Below are positions 9,281 to 18,344 of a stretch of 64,000 bases of DNA, one piece after another (the first letter of the stretch is position 1; every line of letters begins with the position of its first letter). Under the pieces are notes generated by a model, which did no database searches, had not been told where the DNA came from, and was given only the letters and a program-made list of their open reading frames with translations. This DNA comes from Candidatus Undinarchaeales archaeon (GTDB lineage Archaea > SpSt-1190 > JASMDC01). The stretch is taken from assembly GCA_030753015.1 (NCBI GenBank), contig JASMDC010000004.1, positions 64,001-128,000 of the forward strand, written 5' to 3'. The position numbers and the translations under genes were made by a program.

Positions 9281-10857
9281 GACGGCTCGTCCTGGTCCTC
9301 CTACTCATCGCTGCCCTGGCCGTCGGCCACCCTCCCATCCGCCTGCTGAGCTCGGAGGGGGGGGGCGCCGTCGCATCGTACCACGGCCGTGACGTCACCG
9401 TCCAGTCCAACTCGACGCTCGGGCGGTTCCGCCCCGTGGGGCCGTTCATGGATTTCCATGCGGTGAATGCCAATGGGAGCCTGGTCAGGCACGAGGTGCG
9501 GCTCCTACGGGTCATCGCATGGGCCGATGAGGATGGTGATGGATCAGCGGACCCGGGCGAGACCGTCCTGGCCGACCTCCACCCCGCAACGGCCCAGTGG
9601 GACGTCCCTTTCTTCTCCTACATACCATCGGGGGGACGAATAGCGGGGATCCGGTTCCCGCTCGTAATGTTCACCAACAACACCAAGGTCGATCCCCTCC
9701 TCCTCGCCAGCCTACGGGTCGAGGCCTCCATGGTGGATGCCGACCACACCGAGACGCTGATGCCGCCGGCGGACCCGCCCATCAAGCTCGCGTATAATGG
9801 CATGCGAGACGTGGGGTTCGACATCGTCGTGGACCCGTGGGAGGGTCCGGATGCTACCCTCCTCTTGACGGTCGATGTCCTCGGTGGGAGTTCGTCGCCC
9901 GATGGCTTCACCCTCGAACGGAAGGATGGGGCGGCACGTCTCTTCCACGGCGACTTCATCCTCCATATCGCCCCGGCCCAGGCGAACGCCACGCCCGCGA
10001 CGGCCGTACGGGTACCCGTGAGAATCAGCGAGGACCTCTCCCGCCCATCACGGGCCGTCCTGAACCTCACCATGCCTCTAAACCATGGTGCCTCGATCCG
10101 GATCCCCCTGATCGCCCATGGAACGGGGACGGAACAGCGCGAGGAGGAACGCTCGTTCATCTGGTTCGCCCTCCTGCTCGGTGGCGCGTTCCTCACGGGA
10201 GCGCTCCACGGGCTGGAGCCCGGTCACGGGAAGACCCTTGTCGTGACCTACCTCGTCGGTACAGGGGCACGACTGGTCGATGCCGTGGTCCTGGGGCTCA
10301 CGGCCACTGTCACCCATACAGCCGGTGTCCTCGCGCTGGCCGTGCTCGCCCTCTCGGCGTCCGAATACTTCCTCCCCGAGGTCATCTCCTATGCCCTCAG
10401 CGTGCTCTCAGGCACCCTGGTCACGATTGTGGGGCTGTGGATGTTCCGTCGCGCCTGGCGGGGCAAGACACACGATCATCATCATGTGCACAAGCATGGA
10501 GAGCGTGTGCACGACAATGATCATGAGCACCTGTCGCCCGGAGAGGGCACGCGCAGGAACTTCCGAGAGCTCGTCTCGTTGGGCATGGCGGGGGGAATCG
10601 TGCCCTGCCCCGCGGCGCTGGTTCTCCTCATCGTCGCGGTGTCCCGCGGCAGGTTCGCCGAGGGCATCGCCGTGCTCCTCGCCTTCAGCCTCGGGGTGTC
10701 GACCACGCTCGTGGGGATAGGTGTTGCAGCAGTCGCCTTCACCTCGGTGATGCAACGGGTTCTGGGGAGCAGCACCCCCGTATGGGCCCAGCGCATCTCC
10801 CTGGCGAGCGCCACGGTCATCACCTGCATGGGGCTGATGATTCTCCACCTGGCCTGA
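9277..10857 (+). CDS. RcnA/NicO-like Ni/Co transporter with large N-terminal extracytoplasmic domain
   Basis: Signal peptide; C-terminal GALHGLEPGHGKT, His-rich loop HDHHHVHKHGERVHDNDHEH, GIVPCPAAL. Confidence 0.85.
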   Translation: MRRLVLVLLLIAALAVGHPPIRLLSSEGGGAVASYHGRDVTVQSNSTLGRFRPVGPFMDFHAVNANGSLVRHEVRLLRVIAWADEDGDGSADPGETVLADLHPATAQWDVPFFSYIPSGGRIAGIRFPLVMFTNNTKVDPLLLASLRVEASMVDADHTETLMPPADPPIKLAYNGMRDVGFDIVVDPWEGPDATLLLTVDVLGGSSSPDGFTLERKDGAARLFHGDFILHIAPAQANATPATAVRVPVRISEDLSRPSRAVLNLTMPLNHGASIRIPLIAHGTGTEQREEERSFIWFALLLGGAFLTGALHGLEPGHGKTLVVTYLVGTGARLVDAVVLGLTATVTHTAGVLALAVLALSASEYFLPEVISYALSVLSGTLVTIVGLWMFRRAWRGKTHDHHHVHKHGERVHDNDHEHLSPGEGTRRNFRELVSLGMAGGIVPCPAALVLLIVAVSRGRFAEGIAVLLAFSLGVSTTLVGIGVAAVAFTSVMQRVLGSSTPVWAQRISLASATVITCMGLMILHLA

Positions 10858-10861
10858 GGAC

Positions 10862-11377
10862 TCAAGCCTCCAGCCGTTCGCCGCCCGTACAGTAGGACGA
10901 TCCCCCAAGATGCTGGAGCAGGGTCAACCGGTCCAGACCTGGTTCGGCGTGCACGGCGACGACCTCGGCTACGAAGATGGTGTGGTCGCCCGCGGGGTGG
11001 GACGCCGTCACCCGGCACTCCACAGCAGCAGGGCAGCAATCCAGAATGAGGGTGTCGACCTCATCACCCGTCCGTCCCGTGAGCCCGAGACCTGCGAGCT
11101 TGTCGCCTGAGCGACCGCTAGTACAACCTGCGGCGTGTACCTTCGCAAGGAGGTCCTTCCCGGGAACATTGAGGATGAAGGCACCTTCCCGCTCGACGAG
11201 CGAATGGGTGTAACGTCCAGGGGCGATGCTCACCGCGAGGAGAGGGGGTCGGACGGACACAGGCATCATCCAGGCCGCGGGCATGGTGTCGTGCCGGTCG
11301 TTCTGCCGATCCCGGGCGGTGACGAGCACCACGGGAGGTGCTGGGAGCAGGGTGCGGAACGTGGCGATGGAAGGCAT
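10862..11377 (-). CDS. Flavin reductase (flavoredoxin/DIM6-like) family protein
   Basis: PVVLVT, MPAAW, PPLLAVSI...YTH, GCTSGRSGDKL, GDHTIFVAEV. Confidence 0.9.
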   Translation of the reverse strand: MPSIATFRTLLPAPPVVLVTARDRQNDRHDTMPAAWMMPVSVRPPLLAVSIAPGRYTHSLVEREGAFILNVPGKDLLAKVHAAGCTSGRSGDKLAGLGLTGRTGDEVDTLILDCCPAAVECRVTASHPAGDHTIFVAEVVAVHAEPGLDRLTLLQHLGGSSYCTGGERLEA

Positions 11378-11516
11378 GTCATCGAAAAGGGAGTGATGAA
11401 TAAAAAGATGACATCCGGTGGGCCCACTCCTCCCTGTAGGGCAGTGATGGGGGGCGGGCTTAGTCGAAAAAAGGTTAAGTAGTTGTGCCAATCGAAAAAA
11501 GTGAAGAGTTGAGACC

Positions 11517-12044
11517 ATGGCGGACATCCAGGAGTTATCGGTAGAGGAATCGGAGAACATCCCCATAATCTCTGTCGTAGGCAGATCAGGCACAGGTAAG
11601 ACCACCGTCCTTGAACTGCTCATCGGAGAACTCGTGCGGCGAGGGTACCGAGTGGGTACGGTCAAGCACTGCAGCCATGGATTCGACGCGGACCAACAGG
11701 GTAAGGACTCCTGGCGTCATGCACAGGCCGGGAGCGAGGTCGCGGCCATCTCATGTCCACACAAGATGGCGCTTTTCCGGAACATGGAGAGTGAGATGCC
11801 CCTGGACGACATCGTGAGTTTGATGGGCAAGGTGGACGTAGTGCTCACCGAGGGGTACAAACGTGGGGAAAAGCCGATGATCGAAGTGAGCCGCCAAGCG
11901 GTCGGGACCGATCTGTTGTGCCCGCCAGAGGGTCTTGTGTGCGTCATGGCCGACTACGATGTTGATACTTCAGTGCCATTGTTCGCCTTGGACGACGCCA
12001 AGAGCGTAATCTCTCTCCTAGAGGAGCGCTTCTTGCGTGGTTGA
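11517..12044 (+). CDS. mobB: Molybdopterin-guanine dinucleotide biosynthesis protein B
   Basis: VVGRSGTGKTT, VGTVKH, GKDSWRH, VLTEGYK. Confidence 0.93.
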   Translation: MADIQELSVEESENIPIISVVGRSGTGKTTVLELLIGELVRRGYRVGTVKHCSHGFDADQQGKDSWRHAQAGSEVAAISCPHKMALFRNMESEMPLDDIVSLMGKVDVVLTEGYKRGEKPMIEVSRQAVGTDLLCPPEGLVCVMADYDVDTSVPLFALDDAKSVISLLEERFLRG

Positions 12045-12168
12045 GGGCTGGACTGCATCTCATCGAACTGAAAGAATACCTTGACGGGGCGCCGGGAATA
12101 GTCTCCTGTGCTGTGGGACCGGTGTCAGGGGGGGGTATCATACTGCTGAAGAAGATCGTTGAATCTAC

Positions 12169-12687
12169 TTAGGCAAAGTCCCCGTAGTATAGGGAATGCT
12201 CGAACGTGATGGGATGGAAGTCGGTACCCATCCAGTACGCTGCCTTCGCCATGATGATCCTGACGAGTATTGAGCGATCCATCCTCTTTCCCCTCTTGAC
12301 GATCCTGTCGAACCTCTCGATGTATGTCCTGTAGGGGCCACGAAGTGTCCCCGGCAGGTCGTCCACGTCCGTGATCACATCGCTTATCATCGCTGTCCCG
12401 TTTATCATCACACCCTCGTTCTTGAACGGGTCCTCTAGGTGGCGTATGTCCACGGTGAAGGAGACGTGCGGATTATCGATGATGTTCCTGATCTTCTTCG
12501 AGGTCCTGTCCGTCACGAACAGGATCTCATGCAGGTGCGGGATGTAGGCGAAGAAGACGGGTGTTATATGAGGGACGTTGTTACGGTCTCCTGTGCAAAT
12601 ATAGCCGATCCTCTCCTCCCCCAGGAGCCCTTCGACGAGGGCGAGCGTTCTCTCATCTTCAGCAAGGTCTTCAGACAGGGAGCGCAA
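12169..12687 (-). CDS. Pyridoxamine 5'-phosphate oxidase-like split-barrel protein
   Basis: PHITPVFF...TDRTSKKIRNIIDNPHVSFTVD. TTG start at 12687 after GGAGG. Confidence 0.8.
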   Translation of the reverse strand: MRSLSEDLAEDERTLALVEGLLGEERIGYICTGDRNNVPHITPVFFAYIPHLHEILFVTDRTSKKIRNIIDNPHVSFTVDIRHLEDPFKNEGVMINGTAMISDVITDVDDLPGTLRGPYRTYIERFDRIVKRGKRMDRSILVRIIMAKAAYWMGTDFHPITFEHSLYYGDFA

Positions 12688-13960
12688 TGTGTCTCGCCTC
12701 CTGCCAAAAGACCATGGTCTCGGGAATGACCTCGATGGGAACCCTCCTGATGAGGGGCGTGAGCTGCCAGGCCTCGGGCAGGCGCCGTCGTCCCGTAATG
12801 TACTCCTGAACGTATTCCGGATACTTGTCGTGGAAGAGCGCCCACACACGGAAGAGCTTGATCATGTTCGGAAGTACGTCCCGCCAGCCGAATATCCGCG
12901 CTCTTCCGGTGATAAGCACGGCCTTGTTCTTCATCACGTCATCAGGGTCCCGGACATCTATAAGGAACGCTATCCTTGGGTTCTGCTGGATGTTCCTCAC
13001 CTTCTTCGAGCCCACGGAGGTCTGGAAATAGACCGAATGCCCGTCGAAGACATACGCGACCGGTGTCACATGTGGCATTCGTCGATCATCGGCAGTGCCG
13101 ACATGGGCGAACATCCCTTCCTCCACAAGGGAATGGATGTCCGGGGGCAGCCAGGGTATCCCTCCGATCAGATGAAGGGAGAGGAATGAGACGCAGACGA
13201 TGTAGAGTGAATACAATAACAGGAAGGATGTCAACAAGGTGTCCGTTATGAACACGGGGATGAGGAGAAGTGAGAAGAGTCCAAAGAGGAAGAACTTCGA
13301 ATCGATGTTCCTCAGCCCGTTCAGGTCGTGGAGCGGCGTGTACTCCAACTTCCTACGCCATCCCAGCTCGATCCTGAACATGATCGAACGCACCAGGGAG
13401 ACAGAGGTGACCCATATACCAAGCCCCATCCTGTACGAGACGTCCCAGTGAAGCAGGTACACAAGGAAAAGGACGACGGGATTTGCCTGGTCGCCGAACC
13501 ACGTCACAAGCAGGCTCGTCTCCCACGGCATCCAGTTGTTCAGGTAGGCGAAAGAGAGCACGAAGATCACCACCCCGGGCGCCATCTCCAGGTGTCTGGG
13601 CGAGAAAAGGCGCTTTCGGTATCTCTTGAGGATTAGGCTCTCCGAAAGGCTGCGAGACGGCTTGAAATCACGTATGATGGGTCCTAGCTCGAGCGCGAGA
13701 ATGCTCCATAAAATGGTCGTGAGGATTACGATGGAGCCAAAAAGTACGGTCCGGATTTCCAGATCGAAATACCTTCCGAGCGCGATTCCGATGAGCTCCA
13801 TGAGGATTAGCTGCGCGAGCACGTTGTACCGTCGGGGAAGATGCGAGAGCAATGGCAGCCTCTCCGCAATGGATTCGTACACCCATTTATGTTCGAACTC
13901 TCCTTCCTCTTCCTGCTGTCGACAGATGTTATGATCATCTCGTGCAGTCTCAGAGGGCAT
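12671..13960 (-). CDS. Membrane protein fused to a C-terminal PPOX-like domain
   Basis: About 6 TM segments, then PHVTPVAYVFDG...SKKVRNIQQNPRIAFLID. Confidence 0.8.
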   Translation of the reverse strand: MPSETARDDHNICRQQEEEGEFEHKWVYESIAERLPLLSHLPRRYNVLAQLILMELIGIALGRYFDLEIRTVLFGSIVILTTILWSILALELGPIIRDFKPSRSLSESLILKRYRKRLFSPRHLEMAPGVVIFVLSFAYLNNWMPWETSLLVTWFGDQANPVVLFLVYLLHWDVSYRMGLGIWVTSVSLVRSIMFRIELGWRRKLEYTPLHDLNGLRNIDSKFFLFGLFSLLLIPVFITDTLLTSFLLLYSLYIVCVSFLSLHLIGGIPWLPPDIHSLVEEGMFAHVGTADDRRMPHVTPVAYVFDGHSVYFQTSVGSKKVRNIQQNPRIAFLIDVRDPDDVMKNKAVLITGRARIFGWRDVLPNMIKLFRVWALFHDKYPEYVQEYITGRRRLPEAWQLTPLIRRVPIEVIPETMVFWQEARHIALPV

Positions 13961-14201
13961 TGGAGTCGCATCCTTGCTAGGGGATTCGTTCTGGACCGGA
14001 CAGGGAGGCTAGGACCATTCCAAAGGGCGGGATCTTGAATGATCTCCATGTGTCCATGTTCGTCCTCGGCCGGGATTCACAATTGTTATATCAGATAAAA
14101 GCATATCGGTAGCATCGGCCTTGTCAACGGTTTTAATGTAGAAAGCCCTCCTCCTTTCATGTGTGGGAAGAATAAAGGGAGCATACAAGTACATGCTCTG
14201 G

Positions 14202-15119
14202 TCATGGGCGGACAGTCTCCATCTCTATCTCGCTGGGAAATCCCATAATCCTATCGAGATGACGCAGGTAAAGGAGCACGGAGGGTAGCGTCTCGTTCTC
14301 CGAGAGCTCGCACATGAGCCTTTGGTGATACTCCTGCTCTAGCCGCCGCAGGGTTCTGATCCATCCATCCCGTGTCTCGTAAGCATTTCCCTCCCCGGTC
14401 GTCCCCAGGTCATCCAGGTCATCACGGAGCTGGTAGAGGGTGCCGAGCTCGAGGCCGATGTGTGCGCACCTTTCCTGAACGTCAGTGGAAGCGCCTGCGA
14501 CCAGTGCGCCCAGCCGGCACGACGCCGAGAAGAAACAACCCGTCTTCCATCTGATCATGCGAAGGTACTCCTCGGGAGTTGTGGTCGCGTCATTTGCCAG
14601 CGTGATCTCTAGAATCTGCCCCTCCTGGGTCCTTGCCGCAGCTTCAAAGAAGTTACGGGAGACCTCGCCGGAGTCGATCTCCAGAAGAATCCTGAAGGAC
14701 TCCCTGAGGAGGACATCCCCCGCAAGGACTGCGGCCCCGGTTCCGGCCTGTACGTGGATGCACGGAACCCCCCTTCGAGTGGTGTCGTCGTCGATTATGT
14801 CGTCGTGGATGAGGCTGTAGTTGTGCATGAGCTCCAGCAGGGTACAGAGCTTCTCCATGAGGTCCTCATCCTCTTGTGAAAGGGACCCGCCCTTGAGGTC
14901 CGTGTAGCAGAGGTATAGGAGGAGCGAACGGAGCCGCTTTCCGCCCCCGACCACGTGTTGACGGAGCAGGGATCCAAGGGGCCTAGGGAGGGTCTCGAGC
15001 CGCGATCCTATCATGGAATCTACGATTTCCTTGACATGCGATAGGGTGTCGGTAAGGTCCGATGATCCCTTCTCGACCATGGAACTCCCTGACAAATTGC
15101 CTATTGCCTGTGCTATCAC
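14202..15119 (-). CDS. Polyprenyl diphosphate synthase (GGPP/FPP synthase family)
   Basis: GGKRLR, LIHDDIIDDDTTRRG, GQILE, KTG, YQLRDDLDD. GTG start overlaps the flxA stop. Confidence 0.88.
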   Translation of the reverse strand: MIAQAIGNLSGSSMVEKGSSDLTDTLSHVKEIVDSMIGSRLETLPRPLGSLLRQHVVGGGKRLRSLLLYLCYTDLKGGSLSQEDEDLMEKLCTLLELMHNYSLIHDDIIDDDTTRRGVPCIHVQAGTGAAVLAGDVLLRESFRILLEIDSGEVSRNFFEAAARTQEGQILEITLANDATTTPEEYLRMIRWKTGCFFSASCRLGALVAGASTDVQERCAHIGLELGTLYQLRDDLDDLGTTGEGNAYETRDGWIRTLRRLEQEYHQRLMCELSENETLPSVLLYLRHLDRIMGFPSEIEMETVRP

Positions 15120-15952
15120 ATCTCCCCCTTGACGTCCTTCAGCACGTCCCACGAGAACACCGGCCCGTCCTTGCAGACGTAGACGTTGCCGATGTTGCAG
15201 CGCCCGCACTTGCCGATGCCGCACTTCATCCGCATCTCAAGGGTTGTGAAGATCTGGTCCGGTGTGAAGCCGAGCTTCTCTAGGGCCTGTATCACGAACT
15301 TGATCATAATGGGCGGGCCGCAGGTGATGGCGATGGTGTTCTCAGGCGAGGGAGCAATACGCGTGAGGTTGGTGGGGACGAATCCCACGAAGCGCGTCCA
15401 TCCCTCCTCCTCGTTGTCGATGGAGAGGTGGACGTCCACATCGTCACGCTTCTCCATCTCTTCGAGCTCCCCCATGAAGCACAGGTCTGCGGTGGAGCGC
15501 GCGCCGTAGATCACGTCCAGCTTCCCGTAGTCCTTCCGGTTATCCATGACATACTGTATGAGGGAGCGCAGCGGCGCCTGGCCGATCCCGCCCCCGATGC
15601 AGAGGATGTTCTTGCCCTTCCATTCGTCCACGGGGAACCCGTTACCGTAGGGGCCGCGGACGCCAACCGTTTCGTCCACCTCCAGCTCGTGGAGGGCGCG
15701 TGTTACCTTGCCCAGCCTCATGATGCTGAACTCCAGGTACCCCTTCTTGGTAGGGGAGCAGGAGATGGCGAAGAAGCATTCCCCCTTCCCGAGGAGGGTG
15801 ACCATGCCACACTGCCCTGGGATGTAATCGAAGCTGTCGGCGAGCTCGGCATCGTTGAACCGCACCCTGAAGGTCTTGATGGCCCGCTCACCTTTTACCT
15901 CCTCCTTGAGGCCGATGATCGTGGCCATGTTCGGTACGTACGGATTCTCCAT
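15116..15952 (-). CDS. flxA: FAD/NAD-binding subunit FlxA (AsrB/HydG family)
   Basis: VRGPYGNGF, GGGIGQAP, CGPPIM, MKCGIGKCGRC [2Fe-2S]. Confidence 0.85.
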   Translation of the reverse strand: MENPYVPNMATIIGLKEEVKGERAIKTFRVRFNDAELADSFDYIPGQCGMVTLLGKGECFFAISCSPTKKGYLEFSIMRLGKVTRALHELEVDETVGVRGPYGNGFPVDEWKGKNILCIGGGIGQAPLRSLIQYVMDNRKDYGKLDVIYGARSTADLCFMGELEEMEKRDDVDVHLSIDNEEEGWTRFVGFVPTNLTRIAPSPENTIAITCGPPIMIKFVIQALEKLGFTPDQIFTTLEMRMKCGIGKCGRCNIGNVYVCKDGPVFSWDVLKDVKGEM

Positions 15953-16960
15953 CTAGATCCCTCCGAGCGTGGAGAGCTCCTCCACGATGCTGAGCCCCAC
16001 CGGGCAGTTCGAGGCGCATCTTCCGCAGCCCACGCAGGCGATGACACCGAAGTTGTCGGGGTAGTACTGGTACTTGTGCAGGATCCGGTTCCTCATCCGG
16101 TTCTTCCTCCCGGGCCGGGGGTTGTACCCGGAGCCGTGGAGGGTGTACTCGGGATTGCTACAGCTGTCCCACACGCGGATCCGCCGTCCCTTCCGTCCCC
16201 GGACCTCGTCCTGGATGTCAAAGCAGTGGCAGGTAGGGCAGAGATAGGTGCAGTTGTAGCACCCCAGGCATGTCTGTGCCATGTCCTCCCAGACAGGATG
16301 GTCGAACAGCGTCTTCAGCTTCTCGGGAAGCCCCGAGACGTCCACCGTTCGTTTGATGGCGCTCTCGGCGCGTTCCCTGATCTCATCGGCGGTCCCGGCC
16401 TCGTCGGTGGCCTCCTCGAAGAGCTCCTCGTTCTCCGTAAGAAGCGTCTTTCCTTTCTCGGTGACGCTCCGCACGAGGAACCGGTCACCCATGTCCACCA
16501 AGAGCAGGTCCAGCCCTGTGGTGTCGAAGGGACCGGCGCCCAGTGAGGTGCAGAAGCAGTTCCTACCGGGGATCGCGCACGCCAGGCCTACGAGCACCGT
16601 ATTCTCCCGCCGTCTGATGTAGTAAGGGTCCTTGAAGTCCTTCGTGAACAGCGGATCCAGGATGGCGAAAGAGCGTGCGTCACAGGGCCGGATGCCAAGG
16701 ACCATCCGCTTTATCGTCTCGGGCGTTCGTTCGGCGATCGTCTTCCCATCGAAGGCGAACAGCTCCTCAGTCTGCGGGAAGAATATCTTCTTAGGAGGCA
16801 CCACGGAGTTCGCATAATCCCATGCGATGTCGGATGCCTTGCTCACGGTCTCGAAGGAGACCGTCGTGCCCTTCCTGACGGGGGCTATGACCTCGTATCC
16901 CAGCTTGGTGATGAGCTCGTCGAGCCTGTCCTTTTTGAGTACAGCGTCCATGATGATCAC
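15953..16960 (-). CDS. flxB: 4Fe-4S dicluster subunit FlxB (AsrA/HydB family)
   Basis: GIRPCD, CLGCYNCTYLCPTCHCF, CVGCGRCASNCP. Confidence 0.85.
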   Translation of the reverse strand: MIIMDAVLKKDRLDELITKLGYEVIAPVRKGTTVSFETVSKASDIAWDYANSVVPPKKIFFPQTEELFAFDGKTIAERTPETIKRMVLGIRPCDARSFAILDPLFTKDFKDPYYIRRRENTVLVGLACAIPGRNCFCTSLGAGPFDTTGLDLLLVDMGDRFLVRSVTEKGKTLLTENEELFEEATDEAGTADEIRERAESAIKRTVDVSGLPEKLKTLFDHPVWEDMAQTCLGCYNCTYLCPTCHCFDIQDEVRGRKGRRIRVWDSCSNPEYTLHGSGYNPRPGRKNRMRNRILHKYQYYPDNFGVIACVGCGRCASNCPVGLSIVEELSTLGGI

Positions 16961-17911
16961 CTACTGGATGAAGTCCTCCTCATCATCCGTCTTGAACGAC
17001 CCGAGCAGCGGCTTGGCCTCGGGATCGGTGCCGGAGGAGTACCCGAAGATGTCCTCAGCCTCGCGTGCCATCCTCTTGTTCAGGGTCATGAGGGGGATGC
17101 CCACGGGGCAGGCGCGTTCGCACGCGCCGCACTCCGCACACCGTCCCGCGTGGTGGAAGGCGCGAATGAAGTGCCACATGGTGTTCTCGGAGAGGTTCAC
17201 GGACCTCTTGACCCAGTTGGGCTTGAGCGAGTCACCCGCGCAAACCTCGCAGAAGCAGAGCGGGCACGCCTGTCGGCAGGCAAAGCACCGGATGCATTTG
17301 CTGAACTTGTCAGACCAAAACGCCCAGCGCTCCTCTGCGCTCATGCCCTCGGTGGGATCGCTCGCCTCCCCGCCGCGGGGCTCAACGGGCTCACCCAGCA
17401 TGACGTCGGCCATGAGCGGGGTGGGGTAGGTACAGGTGAGGCACTCGTCGAACAGCACGTCCTCCTTCTTCAAGGTCTGCTCGCCGTCCCTCGTCTTGAT
17501 GATGAACGTGTCGCCATCCTCGGATATCTCGAGGATGTCGTCCTCGATAACCTCCTGATAGAGCTTGTCCGGTTCGATCATCCCCGTGCAGGGAACACCC
17601 AGGATGACGAGGTCGTCCCGCTCGACACCCCGTTCCTGCAATACCTGAATCAGGGCGCGGGCATCGCACCCCTTGACGATCAGGGCGACCTTCTTCTTCT
17701 CGGGGTCCGTGGGGGGCTCGAGCGTAAGGTATACGGTGAGGTTGTGCTTGCACATGGGCGTGAGGATCAGCCGGTCAGCATCGTCCGGCGAGGTGATGAT
17801 GCAGGGTCTCGCACCCTGGCCTAACTCCCCCTTCTCGTAGCCGATCACGGACGCCACCTTGCCCGTGCTGAGAAGGTCGCGGACGGTGTCCCTCATCTTC
17901 TCTTCGTCCAT
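16961..17911 (-). CDS. flxC: 4Fe-4S dicluster subunit FlxC (FdhB/FrhB-like)
   Basis: VKGCD, CIRCFACRQACPLCFC, AGRCAECGACERACP. Confidence 0.8.
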   Translation of the reverse strand: MDEEKMRDTVRDLLSTGKVASVIGYEKGELGQGARPCIITSPDDADRLILTPMCKHNLTVYLTLEPPTDPEKKKVALIVKGCDARALIQVLQERGVERDDLVILGVPCTGMIEPDKLYQEVIEDDILEISEDGDTFIIKTRDGEQTLKKEDVLFDECLTCTYPTPLMADVMLGEPVEPRGGEASDPTEGMSAEERWAFWSDKFSKCIRCFACRQACPLCFCEVCAGDSLKPNWVKRSVNLSENTMWHFIRAFHHAGRCAECGACERACPVGIPLMTLNKRMAREAEDIFGYSSGTDPEAKPLLGSFKTDDEEDFIQ

Positions 17912-17913
17912 GG

Positions 17914-18339
17914 TCAGACCTCCCTCACGAACTGCTCGTTCGGTCCGAGCTTCCGCACGTCCTCGGTGACCTTCTTGATCACGTCCGCGAACTTCGGGCC
18001 CTCGGAGGCGGAGACCCAACTCATCTGGACCCGACCGGAATCTATGCCCACGTACTCCAAGAGCCGCGTTATGAGGTTCATTCTCCTTCGGGCGAAGTAG
18101 TTGCCCTGGATGTAGTGGCAGTCACCCGGATGACAACCCGAGATCAGCACCCCGTCCGCGCCCTGTTGCAGGGCATGGAGCACCAGCAGGGGATTGATCC
18201 GGCCGCTGCACATCACTCGCACCACCCGAACGCTGGGCGGGTACTGGATCCTGCTGGTGCCAGTGAGGTCCGCTCCCGCGTACGAGCACCAGTTGCACAG
18301 GAATGCCACGATCTTGGGCTCAAAGTCGTCCTCTGCCAT
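17914..18339 (-). CDS. mvhD: MvhD/FlxD [2Fe-2S] subunit
   Basis: FEPKIVAFLCNWCSYAGAD, MCSGR, GCHPGDCHY. Confidence 0.95.
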   Translation of the reverse strand: MAEDDFEPKIVAFLCNWCSYAGADLTGTSRIQYPPSVRVVRVMCSGRINPLLVLHALQQGADGVLISGCHPGDCHYIQGNYFARRRMNLITRLLEYVGIDSGRVQMSWVSASEGPKFADVIKKVTEDVRKLGPNEQFVREV

Positions 18340-18344
18340 GGTTA

